A stretch of DNA of 64,000 bases from Tubulanus polymorphus (lineage: Eukaryota; Animalia; Nemertea). Positions 1 to 14,186 of the stretch are shown piece by piece; positions within the stretch are counted from its first letter, which is position 1; the number at the start of each line of letters is the position of its first letter. A program made the translations under genes and the position numbers. The notes below the pieces were generated by a model, which worked only from the letters and a program-made list of their open reading frames with translations, made no database searches and had not been told where the DNA came from. The DNA is taken from positions 13,276,655 to 13,340,654 of the forward strand of contig NC_134033.1 in NCBI RefSeq assembly GCF_964204645.1, read 5' to 3'.

Positions 1-3000
1 ATATCCGGAACTGCAATTGCATCATGCATGGTTCTGGGTAATGCAATGAACAAACAGCAATTACCTTTATTTAGAGGTGATAAATCAATATATAAAAGAG
101 TATGATATTAACAACTTTGTCATAATGAATGCATTTTCATCATATCTATATATACTAATAGCACCAACGAGTATTTCCGCGAAATTTTTTTGCAAGCAGA
201 TCAGCATGAACTAGTGCAACAGCTATTTCAATACAGGACACATCGCTGTAGCGCAGCGGTAACAGTAAAGTACATGTACTTGACTTTCATTCCAGATTTT
301 GTTTTCGCATCTTAATCTTTCTCTTACACAGTTTGTTTACCGAATACGCATTTTTACAACATTCACAATTCAGTGACATTCTGACTCAAACTTCAAATAT
401 CTACCCTGGAGTTCACCTCCGGAAAAGGGGTTTTGTTTTGCGTTCTACAATTCTTTGACCAAGTGACTCACTACAAACATATGAGTCTATACCAGTCTGA
501 ACAGCTCACTCAAAAAGATCTGCAAAATTCCCATGGTTTCCAGGGGTACTTGTGTTAAATAGTTTCTTTGAATGAATGCTTCGTCAATGCTCTTCAAGCC
601 TCATCAACCACTTTTCCACCAAAACAACGCAATCTTTCTATGATATCAATCATGATATACATATGTACAAAAATTTGATATGCATAATAGCATTTGATCC
701 CAAAATAAGGTACCATCTGATACATTCCCATTTACTCTGTTCTAGGGCTAACAGCTTGCTTCCGGCTCATTAACCACCAGATAGAATATAAATATATCCA
801 TAATTTATAGGAAATCCAAAATCCAACGATTAACTACGTCCCGTAGATCATCCATCCCGAATTGGATCAAAATAATTTCAAAAGCAAAAGGGAATATACA
901 AATTTGTGATAAAAGTTGACAAATGCTGGATGACCCTCAGCCAAGTAAAGAAAATGGATCCGTTGATCTTAACGAGTAACATAGAAGAAACCAGGGGCTG
1001 GAAGGATTCCCATGTAAGACAGAAGTGTAGAATCTGATGAAATTAATGCTTAATGCAACAAAAATCATATCATAATTTTGTTGTAAGATGCAGCAAAAAT
1101 GTAATTTACATAAAGGAAAACATAAAGATTTAATGAAAACCTTCCAGTGCAACCAGGTCGAGACACAATTTTGCCATTAAGACTTGAATCAGGGACACCA
1201 TGCCATTTGGTAACGGGTGAAATGCTTGATTTCAATATTCAAGGGTTAACATATACCATAACCGATGAAGGAACTTGCCGCAATCATGGAAAATGCCATT
1301 GGCTACAATTTTGTAATAGATTGTGAAAACAAAATATGCTTTGTACTCGTACATATAGATAGAAATGCCGAGTTTATTCAATATTGATTGCCCCCCAGTG
1401 AAGATATGCAGACACCAATGACCTAGAATTTCTCCAAAATCATAGAACATGTCATTAGCGATAATTTTGCAAATGATTCTATCAAACGTCCCAACATGAT
1501 TAAGAGAAATTGCATTCACCCACGTGGAAACTGGATAATCAACGAAGTCGGTAATTAATCTCAAACATCAAGAATATAAGTTAAAAACATGTTGATTCCT
1601 CTAAAAGCCTTCTAACTCCATAACACCAATGAGGATAGACGAGATGGCTACCATTTACTGATCAAGTCTGATATGCTTAAGATCTCTCCCCAAAGTATGC
1701 CCATCACAAATGGCAAACCATAAAGAAGCTACATGACTATGATTCAAGCCATAAATCATATATAATTAATGGGGAGGGCAAAAAGGTCACTAAAAATATT
1801 ACTTCCACTTTAGACGAATGGATGAAAAGTGACGACAACAGCTAGCCCCGGGGCTACGTCAAACAGGCTAAAAACAAAACACCACACCAGTGCGTTATAA
1901 TGATGGTGGTATAACAAGGCAACTAGGTGTGAATACGAGACTTTTTACAACGATAAAGTTGTTGATAATGAAGTGAAAATCGGAACTGTTGTACACGTGA
2001 TATATTTTTGCAGTAAAAAGCGATTTTCTCCACCATTGGTTACCTGCGTTGTATTCGCTGTGCCTTGCGCTTGCGCTTCTCGCGTGCAAAGCTGCGCCAC
2101 TTGTCTTTTCTGTATATAAGACATATGGGAATGTAACATACAAACAAATACACGTAATGTGATCATTAGCTCATTACCTATGGTTGTTACATATATACGG
2201 TCACAAAATTATAGGCCTATATTCCATAGAATCTGATCATCAATTGATCAATTTGATCTACGGTAATCGACTTAATTCTTTTGATCGGGGAAACTTCGGG
2301 GTGAGCTCGCAATTAATGCTTCATAACTAGCAACTAATGAATCCCATCTTCTAATCAGCAGAATGCACTTTGGACTTTCTTTTATTTCTTTTGCAGGGAG
2401 AGCACAATGTAGGCAGAGTAGTAGTTGTTGGTGTATTGGACCACATGCCTACTGTTAACGATACGGAAACAGGTTTATCTTATGGAATACGCAGGCTTAA
2501 TGATGCAGTGGTTATGAAGGTATACCAACTTCTCACCAGAAGTTCATCAATAAAGAGGGAAATAACAGTCAAATTCAAGCTCCTAAATCTGGTCGAGTTA
2601 AGAGGGTTGTTTTCATTTTCATTAATTTAAAAAAATTCCAAAAACGGATAATTGGTAGAGCCATCTCTCTACTGGTATGTTCAATGGGCTGATCATCTAT
2701 GGTAAATATATTGAGGGATATCCAGCTTTCGTCAACTCAACGTATGCAATTCTTAGTTAGAACAATCTCCACATAACAATGATATTCTGGCTTGTGATTT
2801 TGTTTTTGTGTGTCCAGACATTGGCAATGAATGAATACGACCAGCACAGACTCTCGACCTGTACATGAATTTGGTTTCTTCAAATCTAATAAAATGTTGT
2901 GTGCAGCTTGACGAGTGCTTCAGCTATTTTTTTAACGCTCTGATTGAGAGGATGCCACTAGACCTGGATCTTCATTGCGTATTGTATACACGCGAGATAT

Positions 3001-3500
3001 GATATCGTCCACGAACCGGTTATGAGCTGGAGGGGTCTGCTTACGTTGGAAAAAAACTAGTTTGAAGAGAAACCTATTGGATTGTTAGGTTTTTCTTAGG
3101 GAAATCATCAACTCGGATCATCCAGTATTACATAAACCACTTTATACGGCCTCATAAACCTAACAGACGTTTGGTAACATTCTGTCCGGATTGCGTCAGA
3201 CAGCGCAAATGTGACTGGGGTGTTACGCAATTGTTTACTAATCTATCTACTAAATGACGAACATAATGCATGACTACCACAGGAAAAAGATCGGACAAAT
3301 AATCTTAGAAAATAATACGCAACTAGTTAACGATAAAATTATTATACTTCCATTGTTTAAACTAGAAATATCAAGTTATGTTTCGGTCATGAATAGCAAC
3401 GTGTACCAATGTCAGGAGCACATTACGCGATCATGAAAGTTTTTAATCTGTCGTTTAAATGGGCTTTAGGTGACGTTGGCTTTGTTTTCTGAATTCATAA

Positions 3501-3730
3501 GGCTAAAAAAATTGATACCTTGTTTCGTAATTCTGCTGAGCTTAATTAAATGTTGACCCGGCTGGCCGCCTATCTACCCTGTGTACATTGCTTTTTGTTA
3601 AATCATGATCAAGCTCATCTTCTATAACTGCTGTTTAACATAAATGTAATGAACGGATTACTAATTTCGTTGCAGCTCAGAAAAGTGACGCGGCCATTTA
3701 GGAGAAACAAGGCATCATTTCATTTTAGCC
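3501..3730. mobile_element. PIF/Harbinger (Tourist-like) MITE, family 1 copy 1
   Basis: TIRs GGCTAAAA..GATACCTTGTTTC / GAAACAAGGCATC..TTTTAGCC, TAA TSD on both sides; homologous to 44962-45176. Confidence 0.85.
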
Positions 3731-4319
3731 TAACGTATTTACATTTCATCATGAAATATGCAATTCATAAATTGAGCACTGCATTGGTACTTCGTTACGA
3801 ATGACGTCATCTTCAAACACATTTCTTAATATAATGAATAATATTAAATCATCACTAAAAGATAAGAGTGATAAAAAAACCAAATTGCTGCCTACACTAC
3901 GCAAAATGTAATAATCTTCATTGAAGATAAATATTTTGTAAAACCTGCGTTTTTTCCTGTACTCATTGCTACTAGTATTCAACAAAATATTGCCTATTGC
4001 ATAAGTTGTTATGTTATGGATAAAAAATTCAGACAACTGGTAGCCATTTGATACCAGTGAATGGCGGAATACTTTCACAATTTGAAAGACTACCCATGCT
4101 ATTGAAAAGAAAAAACCCCAAGAAAACAAAACTTTTAATATCTTTTCTTTTTGCCAATATTAGTATTTATATGTGAATTTCACACTCATTTATTGTTTTT
4201 TTTTTTTTAAGGAGAAAATTTTGAAAAAGAGAATGTAAGCGAGTAAGTTACTTCGTCACCAAATGATTGCCTTCTTTCTGTTAAAATTTTCAAACGCGTT
4301 GTCATTTTGTATCATCATG

Positions 4320-4389
4320 TTATTCATATAACAGTGCAAAAAGAAAGATCGAGTCAAAATATGCCACCAGTCCGAAGAGAGATGAAGAT
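4320..4389 (-). CDS. Candidate terminal exon of gene A (R-SSSLFGLVAYFDSIFLFALLYE*)
   Basis: Acceptor ttttattag at 4391-4390, correct phase 2 after exon 5828-5590, hydrophobic tail then TAA. No homology to gene B, so tentative. Confidence 0.3.
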
Positions 4390-5589
4390 CTAATAAAATT
4401 AATCAAGAAGCTTATATATGTATAAGTTGAGCTATTAAAATAGAACAAGACAATAGCTGGAAGCCACGTGATGCATGTGCAATGTTTATTAACTGATGTA
4501 CTTTGCAGAAAACCGGCAAATATTCCTGAGCCAGTATGATATCAACGTGCCCGCGACTAACTTTTCGCAACATTTTTCAATTTCACCAGAAAGAAGGCAG
4601 GTCGATTAAAAATTCATCATCTGCTTTTTTCACAGCCAGTTAGAGATACGCACGCACGCAGGCAGGCACACAGTTTTTAGTTGTCTGACCGACCGTCATG
4701 TTAAGCACCCAAGCAGACTGAACCCTGGACCCTGCTTAGAACAGTTTTTAATTTGAAAATGTCATTGGATTAGAACACTAGACCCTTGATCTCTTATGTG
4801 ATGACAGATATCTGTGCATAGTACAAGAGTTGGTACGTGGCAACAAAATAAGTGGATGACCAGACACATTTGACCAGTGATAAACAAAACAGACCACAAA
4901 GCATTTTACTGCCAATAGTGTCACTCGGGCTGTAACTGTTTATCAATGCCCATATTTAGGGTCAAAACTAATTGACAACATACCTTAAATGATCAATGGG
5001 CTGATTTGACCTGAAAAGATGGGTTTCCCCACTCATGTTAATAACATGATACATGAGAAAAGCTATTGGTCCACGACTGTATTGTAATCACACTAATAAC
5101 TAATGGAACTCGTGTAGCGGATCAGGCTGAAAGTGGAGCAGTTACGAATTACATGAAGTCTTCCCGAAGACACTACAGTGAACCTTCGTTATAACAAACA
5201 TGGATATAACATATTATTACTATATGACGAAATGAAGATTTTCAACCCTGTACTCTGGTCCCCTGAAGTTTGCTGTATCAACAACAAGGAGTAACCCCTT
5301 TCTGAATTCACACTTTTCCCATGAAAATAAGCGGAAATTGTGTATTTCAGCTGGCAAAATGGCTGCCAGTTAGCAATCTACAATTTTCGAAATGGAAAAT
5401 CTGCAAGAAATCTGATTTGAAGCATTCATATTAGAGAGAGAGAGATAGAGTTATATCACCATAATTTAACGCAATCGTTTTTTAACACATTTCAATCCTT
5501 ATGAATATATTCATAAAGGGAATAATATACAACATGATAGTAATAAATCAGCTGGCTACGAGTTTACGTTAAGTATTATTGGTACTAAC

Positions 5590-8500
5590 CGTGCTGAATG
5601 ATCGACGAGAAATACATCGCGTTGTTTCAGTTCCTGCGTGACGCCAAACATGTCTGTCAGTTCATTCGGTTGGCTACACGGTATCGTCTTGCTGTTACGA
5701 AAACCCGGCAGTTTGCCGAATTGTTTGTACGTTTTACACTGCGTGTAAGGATCGAGATAATATCCGGTGACTAAGTCGCACTTCTCACCGATATTACACT
5801 TGTGCAGGACAGCAACAGACGTGAGGTTCTAGATAAAAACAAAAATACGTTATTAGAAGCGATTCTACAACATTTTCTGTATCATGTTTTACATATAACC
5901 ACAGTTGAGTTTCAGTTTTAGTCATACCTGACTACCTGCTATCTGAAATTGTAGTAGTTTTCCCCAAAAAATGACAGTAATTTGACACCAAAATTTGTGG
6001 TCTAATTGAAAATGAACAAGAAATTATTCTGATGTTGGGAGTAGTTGAGCTTTTAAAAAGCGTAGAAAAACTATACTCTCAAATAGTAATCTTAGGTTAA
6101 GAAGGTCCAGAAGAATTATCGAGGATTTTTGTCAAAAATATTGTTTCGATTAATGCCTAAAACTTACCTTATGCAGTACAACTGATAATTCAAACATGTC
6201 TGCCATTGGGTACGGGCAAAACTGTTTAATGATATCCTCCATTCCGTAGAAAGCCGAGTTGTCATGGTTGTTGAAATGGTTCACTGCTCGATATAGGGGA
6301 GTCAAGTAGATAGCTTTTAATTCGATCTTCACAACGTAGCCAGATCCTGAAAAACGATACAGAAATAGGTTAAACACTCAGTGCTTAAAGAAAATACCTT
6401 CAGATCTTTGGATTTTGGACTACTGGAGGCACTAGACGCTACCAATGATCCTACTGGAGGCACTAGACGCTACCAACAATCCTGAATATCCAGAAAATAG
6501 AACATACCTCTATCGAGTACGAATGTATTATTCTTCTCCATGAAATATACCGACGACGTGCGCACGGTTTTAACTTTCGATAGATTTTCCATTAGAACAT
6601 TTTTGGAACCCTTCGGTTCTGGAAGCGCCAACACATCTGAAAAAGAACAATGTCAAAACATAGATCACAAGATAATTAAATCGTATATCGAATGGCGGCT
6701 TTCACTTTTCGAGAAAGTTTTCAATGAGAAAAATCATACCTCGACATTCACGATCCGATTGATGAACGCAAGGAGCGTGTTCATACTCATGCGGCCCGCA
6801 TTTTCTAGTACAAGCTACGCGAAGACAAAAATTAAAATAATTCATGCCAATTGTATCATCTTTAAACGTGAAGCTCGCATTTGATTGAAGAGAATATCCC
6901 TACTTCACAATCAAATTTTGGTTACATCAAATATGCATACGTACGTATCACATACGAATTGCAATATTTCATAATTCAACGACCCCTGCGTAGAACAATA
7001 TACTAAATAATGCCTATGCCCAAGCTGCATACAGAGCTATCATTACCTTTACAAATAGTGTTGGATTTTTCACCACATGGCTGAGAAATGTACTCCTCTT
7101 CATTACAAAACTTACGACAGCCTATTAAATGATATAGGTTTAATAGTTGTTTCATCTTTGTATTAGTGCATACAACTCTCCCCACGTTATTTTAAACTTA
7201 CTTTCGCATAACTTCGGTTTACCGCCTTTGCACGGCACTACTTCGAACATACCGATCGAACACGGCTGGTTACAGTCTGCAAAAAAGAAGTTTCTCGATT
7301 AAACTTTAATTGATTTTCCTGTGCTACAAAAACAGAAAAAAAAGAACTGAAGAGATAAAGCAGCTGATGCCAGACTCCGGGGAGAGCAACCGACAAACAA
7401 ACCGACTCATCTTGATGTGAAAACAACTACAAAGCAAGATATCGGGGAACCGCGTGAATTTCACATACACTCAAAGCTAAAGATCTCTCAGTGAAGAGTT
7501 TGTATAAAAAGGATGAATAATTACCTCGACAATTTCGGCCATCACCGAAGTAACCATCTTTGCACACGCACATATAAGATCCATTTGTATTGTAACAACT
7601 TGCATTTGAGCTACACTGATGCATAAAACTATGGCGGCATTCATTCACATCTACCAAAATATATGAAATTTAATCAGCATTTTTCGTTTATTAAATGATC
7701 ATTTCATCACCAATAGACGAAACATTTGGTAAAATCAGTATATTTTCTAAAAATCGACCAAACAATTCTCTCCCTTAATAGTAGAATAATCTTGTAAATC
7801 CTTACAGCTGACATCGTCTAGCAGAGCGTTTAAATGTGTGACTTACCTACACAAAGCAATGGTTCATTTGGAATAGGGCGATATCCACGAGGACAGATAC
7901 ACTGACCGGTGACGCTATCACACCCTTTACTGCATCTTTTGTGCGAACAACTGGTGTCACTTTTTGGCGGTAGATAAGGACTTTCAACCTCTAAAATAAT
8001 AATTTCATGAACCTCATCAGGATATACAACAATAATGAAGAAACAACGAAGATCCACATGGTACAATACACAAAGAAATCCGGTTAACAGTTGTGAGTTT
8101 GAGATATAAGATCGCTCCCGTCTTACCAATAAAACAGTTCGATCAAAGGATATCATTAAATATTCATGTCTTATCTGCATGGTCCACTACAGACACCATT
8201 AATACTTGAGAATATACCTCAGAGCAGCACTCTTCCACCTATCCGCGTAATCAAAAGGCGTACTTACCATACCATATAACTTGATTGTGTTTATGCCATC
8301 GTGTTGTATCTAAATTAGCCCGTCGCTGATTATGCGAGAAAAGTTTGCTGCCATTGCGTATAACTCCGCGCGGGGCGTAAACGGTAATGTCTACGGTAGT
8401 CTCATCGATGGCTGCGTAGACTCCAGCGACAATGCCGAATACCATCAATATGGTGAAGCTGGTCATAGGCAGACTGAAAATAACCCGCGAGATAGATCCC

Positions 8501-11500
8501 TAGAACAACGGACTACACAGTTCTATCAGAAACAGTAGGAACATGATTATCTTTTCTTGTATCATGATGAAAATGGTAACAGATAACAAAATGCAACAAT
8601 AGTCAAAACTGAACGTGGCCCTAGTCTGGGGGGTAATGGGAGGTAATGCCGGATTATTACACCGCTTACCTCGTAATACCACCGGAACCCGAGCCATAAC
8701 TACTGCTATTACTGCGAGTGGTAGCTATTCCAGAAGATACCGCCGCTCTCGGCAAACGATCCGCAGATCTTTGTCCGCTGCATGTATCCGTATCGCCGTT
8801 ACTCGAACCAACTCCGCTATCATCACCGGGGTTCGGATCATCTTGATGCTCGGGCCTAATGATAGGTCCGTAACTCACGTGCGGAGGCTGGAAATCACAC
8901 AGCAGTTAACGATCGAGCAATCGAAATTATGAGTTGAAAAGTGATTTAGGATATCAAAATTTAGACATTCAAGATAGACTTTATGTATATCTCCTTTCAC
9001 TAAGTAGATACTACAGTAACCTCTACTAAGTAGTCACCAGTCTATGCATTCTGATGTACACTAAATGATTAACGAGTTAATTGAATGGTAGGATACTTAC
9101 CTGATACGGGTTTCCGAAAACACTCGTCGGTGAAGACCTCTCCGATAAGATCGTATCCATCGCTCTCTTCGGCGGAACAGGGGGCTTAGAACCTTTAGGT
9201 TTAGAATACAACGAATTATTGGACGAGGATACCGACCCCGATCCAGATCCGCTACCGGAACCGCTCGAAAAAGTAGACAACGATACCGGATTTGCCGAAG
9301 TACTTCTGTGCGGCGCGAACGTTTCGTTATAACTGGGAGGCGCTCCGCGAGTATTCGGGAACGCTCGAGTGCACGTATTCGCCGGTTTCCCTTGAACGAA
9401 CAAAGTCGGCGATGAATGATCGTCGGCGTTAATCACAGTTATTACGCTACTAGCGCTACTCGAACTCATGGTACCGTTACTACTACGATTCATATCCGTC
9501 GATCGTTGATTATCCAAAATGAAATCCGGAATACAACAAGACGGAGATTGCGTTCCGTGTCCTTGGTTCGATTTCGGGCTTCCTTCCACGTCGCAATGCC
9601 CCGACGTAGGGCTAATTTGCCAGGCGACGCGTTTTTCTTTCTTTTTTGCGCCGGGTTGTTTTTCCGCGACGGGCAGAATTTCCGCGCGAAATCGGTCGCC
9701 GTCGAATTGATCGCTGTCGTTCGATAGCTGTTCTAACGCCTCGAGAGGTTCCAACTCCTGACCTCCGCAAACGTCTTGAATCTTAAACGCGGGTTGAACT
9801 TGTCTGAAAGCACGATCCTCATCGCCGCTCATATCATCTTTCAATTTATCCTTCGTTTCACTACCCAACATAGAGGCTTCATTTTTAAGATTAGTGTGCT
9901 CAATTTTTCTGGTCCTGCAATAGTTACGGTAATATAAATAATCATTGGCATTTAATTCTAACAATTTCTCTATGAAAAGTGGATGAAAACTAAATAAAAC
10001 AGATCATTGAAAATTTTGATTAAGTATCAATCATTTAGGTATTAGTATTATTTTGCATTTTTCAATACTATTAGCTTTTAACACTGATAACATACATTCC
10101 TTCAACGTCCGTCTCAGAGTCTTGAAGTTCAGAGTCGATTGCAGCTTTGTATTTCTCGCGTCCAATAATACTACGACCAGGAGGCCAAACTTGATGATCA
10201 ATCGATTCCTCTTCCGAAGACTGATACTCGTCAACATCTACAGGGCGAGGTTTTCTTCTTTTTTTTCGTTTAGTGCGGGAGTGCATCTAAATATCGGAAA
10301 AACAATTACAACAAACTACGCCTTACTCAGCAGCATTAGGACTGTAAGCATTTGAGAGTTCAGAATCACAGATTGGAAATAAAAGATTTTTCCGAACAAG
10401 TTTTAGTAAAATTCACTGACTTTTTTGCTCTAAGCAGGTATCAAGCAAGGTAGAGTCTTCTACATTTTTCCATTTATATGTATGTTTATATGCATGTGCA
10501 TTTGTTATTGCATTTCAATCGTAATATGGGCCTATTCACCAAACGTGTTTCAGTTTGATAAATCGATAAGATGATTCATAACACAACAAATAACAACTAG
10601 TTGTACAAAACATTGCCTCTAAAACGAGGGGACATGCAGGATGGTGGCGTAAGCATCATTGTGAAATATCAAAAGACCAGCTGTGTCAACGTGAAAACAA
10701 AGTTATTTATAGCCATGCTGAGAGATCTGTTCAATTACAGTCAAACAGGTTTCAGGATGGATGTGCCATATTTCAAATATTGTAAATATTGCATGCATCA
10801 ATAATTTTCAAATGCACGCATCAATAATTTCCAAATGTACAGGATATTATCCCGATAGAAATGATATGCAAGATTTCCAGTTTCATGATGAAAAATCTAT
10901 TCGATGAAAGCTGTTGTGAGATATGTACTTTACTGAATGCCTGTATTCATACGGGCAGTTCACTAAACTCACTCCGTACTAAGTCTTACCTGCATCTGAG
11001 AAAGTGCATTCGGTTCATTTTTTGCTTCACTCCCTAAATACTGGTTCTTAACGGGGCTGTTGTTGCGGTTCATATTCAGCAAAGGGGCTTGAGTTGAATC
11101 TGATAAATAAAATTAGTGATGATACAATACAATAGACTCCACAGCTTAAAGATACATGAATTCCAGAGCAGGGATCGGTCACTATCACAATGAATTTGAG
11201 TAAGAAAATGTCTGAGGCAATTGACGTCTGGGGTAAATGGAGTTAAAGCGATTTAATGCCAGTTCGATGATGTTAATTAATTCCTACCTGATACTGTTTT
11301 AGACATGAGGTTACAGTGAGATGAGCTGACTGGTAGAAACATCGAACCACTTATATGAAAACCTACACGACAAATAATAAGATATTAATGTATTAGTACT
11401 TCTGATATTAACCCTTTTACAGCCTTAGCAGTGCACGATGATGCTAGTCTATTAACCAGCCGCTAAGTCTACTCTGCACTAGGCTGACAGAAGCAAGTAA

Positions 11501-13676
11501 GTTGACATGAGCCTGGTTTATACCTGACAGCACGAGGCATTAACCTCAGAAAAATTCCTATCCTAATCTTTCAAGGGGTTCGGGGGTCTTCCCCAGAGAA
11601 ATTTGTTTTTAAATGGTTGCATTTTGAAGGCTCTGGGAATATTTGAAACCGTAGTTTTCCGGTATCGGAATTCAGGTTGAATGAGTCACTTTGTTCGTGA
11701 AAGTTTATGGATCACGTTTGATAGTCATCAGAAATACGTATTTGAAAAAAATTATTATCGGCAAAATGCTTGGCCCAGCCGAAGCCGCACCGGCCGCCCC
11801 CACAGCCACCCCCACAGCCACCCCCACCTCCTCTAGCCCTGCTAGGGTGTATGTAATGGTTACCAATAGTTCAGCAACTCATCAAGAGTAAAACAAAAAT
11901 ATCGATATACCGCTGAGTGGGGTAATGCAAATATTGGCACCCGAGTTATTTCAGCACATACATAAATTGAAATGACAATCAATTAAATTTTCAACTCAAT
12001 GGGAAAGTGAAACCGACAGTGAAATAAATACGACATGTTTTGATACAGTTGAACGGTATATTAAAGCAGTCAAACCAGTTTGATTCAGATTTTGATCTCA
12101 ACCAGACATTATTTACAATCCACGTGTAATAAGCGAACATTAATGAATGCGAAATTGATGTTTTTTAACTCTTTCAGGCCATAACCGACCAGAATTACTT
12201 GCGTTCGGTATGATTATATTTCTGGATACAGGCTACAATCACGACTACCGAACTTGTAACTGTTTGACATTATCAGTACTGGTATGTATGACATTATCGG
12301 TATCAAGATTTCGTGGTTTGATTGATGCATTGCAGTCTATAAAAGAGATTGGAAGATGCTTACCGGGATCTGAATGCCAATCAAAGCTCTTAATATACGG
12401 ACGTTTGAACCGATTCCACCAACAAACGTAAATAATCGAAGCAACCATAACGAGAACAGTAATTACGATTACTGTCAATGCAATATACGGAGCCAATAGC
12501 TTCTCTGCAGGAGCTTCGTCATACTGCAAAATAATCAAAAGGACTTCAAAGACAGAATCCATCAATAAACGGCTTTAGAAGTTCAAGTTCCAGTTGTATA
12601 GTTAAAATGTGAGGACAGATCCAAGGCCTACTTTTGAAGGACTTTTGACTCATTTAAAGGTACTTTTGTTCATTCTAAAGCTATATCTGGAGGTGTATTC
12701 ACTAGGCATCACATTCGAAATTGTGCGATGGGTGAGATGTATTCTTAACAGCATGTCCAAATCTGTTCTTATCCTACCAAGATCAGTTCGTAAGGTTCCA
12801 TATAACAAGGCAGTAAAAACAGTTCATTTAGAAAAGGGCACCTCAAAACATTTGAGGGGCTTCTAAACACCCACAAGACTCCTTGGATATGCCAATACAA
12901 CTAAGGGTTAAAACGATTGATAAACTTTTTAACTCTAAGACTCAAACTTAACCTAGCTTTAATTAACCGTGAGCAACACATTCAGATTGTTGACCTCGAG
13001 TTGAATTTTATCAATAAACTTCAGCAGCCTTACTAACCACATGTAATAAGGCTACACTAACAAAAACATTCTCACTTACCACTTGTAATCAGGCTTCACT
13101 TACAAACTAAAACCACTTACCACTTGTAATAAGGCTTCACTTACATACTAAAACAACTTCACTTACCACTTGTAATAAGGCTTTTCCATCCTGATTCACA
13201 AAATGATGCTTCACACGAGACAGATCCATTACTGAAGAGGCCGTTACATTGATACGTATTTGAAAATCAGGAGATTCGATGAATCTAATCCATCCCTGGA
13301 AATATTACAAATAAATAATTGAAATCTCTTAAACGTAAAATTATATTTCCATTGTGGATAATAAACGGTTGAGCAATAAGTCTATGAATACATTACAATC
13401 ATATCTAAATTTTACAGGTGGTAGTACATAACATCCTGGAATTTGACATTAGAAATATCTAAAAATGTGCTTCGAGATATCAATTAGCTTCTATACTTGT
13501 AGGCTATTTCTAATCCATAAAATACCAACCTTGAATGATGTTCTAATATGAATCCATGTAGGAGGTAAAATTCGTTCAGGTAAATGTGTGTAGACGGCCT
13601 CTTCAGTTGCGACATCACTCCCCATTACAAAACAGTGCGAAAAGAGAACACCAAATAATACTGCAAGTCTCCACAT
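5590..13676 (-). CDS. Gene A: uncharacterised membrane protein (SP, ectodomain, TM, long Ser-rich cytoplasmic loop, second hydrophobic segment, EGF, cbEGF, 2x TNFR-Cys, Cys-rich domain); paralog of gene B; 3' end unresolved
   Basis: 16 phase-consistent GT-AG exons: 13676-13530, 13295-13167, 12523-12364, 11362-11288, 11099-10990, 10286-10096, 9914-9101, 8887-8670, 8473-8268, 7990-7847, 7650-7525, 7121-7047, 6814-6740, 6636-6508, 6346-6168, 5828-5590 (3017 nt, open). SP MWRLAVLFGVLFSHCFVMG; TM YIALTVIVITVLVMVASIIYVCWW; cbEGF DVNECRHSFMHQCSSNASCYNTNGSYMCVCKDGYFGDGRNC; TNFR repeats CRKFCNEEEYISQPCGEKSNTIC and CTRKCGPHEYEHAPCVHQSDREC. Confidence 0.85.
6420..6483. repeat. 31-bp tandem repeat x2
   Basis: CTACTGGAGGCACTAGACGCTACCAA(TG/CA)ATC twice. 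Confidence 0.9.
13040..13185. repeat. Tandem repeat (~41-46 bp unit, 3-4 copies) containing the 3' end and donor of gene A coding exon 2
   Basis: CACTTACCACTTGTAATAAGGCTT repeated at ~13073, 13114 and 13160, with a degenerate copy at ~13040. Confidence 0.9.
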
Positions 13677-14050
13677 TATCGTTGAATAGGCCTAGCCTGT
13701 AACAAATGATAAAGTAAATTTTAGATCATATAGTTGATAAATTAGCGACTTGTACAGTGGCAGATCCAGAGGGGGTTTGAACCCAGCCCCCTTATTTTTA
13801 TCCTAGTGCCCTTTTGAAAATCCAATTGATACAGGCTTCTTATTCCCCGTACCGGTACTGATCTTGATCTAATATGCACTAAAATTACATTAAAATGTAC
13901 CTAAATTTCTTCCAGGCTCGGCCCCTGTTGTAATGCCCTTGATCCAGTTTCAAAAAGATGATGGTACTTAATAATTCTAAAATGAAATCAGGCCCAAGGG
14001 TATAAGCTGCATAAGCGACACAGTCAAATCGATTTAGAGTTTAACTGCAG

Positions 14051-14186
14051 GGGCCGAGTTTCACGAAAAAGTGAAAGCCTAACACGGTTAAGTTTGAATT
14101 GTTGTCCTCATTGAAAAAGTGAAGTAACCAATAGCGATTAGGCCTACAACAAAAATTTGAGTTAAACTTTTTGTGAAACTGGGCCC
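14051..14186. mobile_element. Short MITE in the first intron of gene A
   Basis: TIR GGGCCGAGTTTCACGAAAAAGT / ACTTTTTGTGAAACTGGGCCC. Confidence 0.6.

Noticed and set aside
576-1564. Coding-like stretch with an internal repeat (KIIANDMFYDFG / KIVANGIFHDCG); possible decayed gene or TE
   Set aside because: No recognisable domain or consistent splice structure; cannot support a call.
8268-8670. Strict bicistronic reading (stop before the second signal-like peptide)
   Set aside because: The best acceptor (ttattttcag, 8474) keeps the frame open, and gene B is open within a single exon; only weaker upstream acceptors introduce stops.
8332-9727. Plus-strand ORFs 8332-8538, 8615-8932, 9416-9727, 9519-9710
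   Set aside because: Antisense shadows of gene A exons.
13040-13185. Repeat-spacer-like array resembling CRISPR
   Set aside because: Eukaryotic intron; the intervening parts are themselves repeated, and there are no cas genes.
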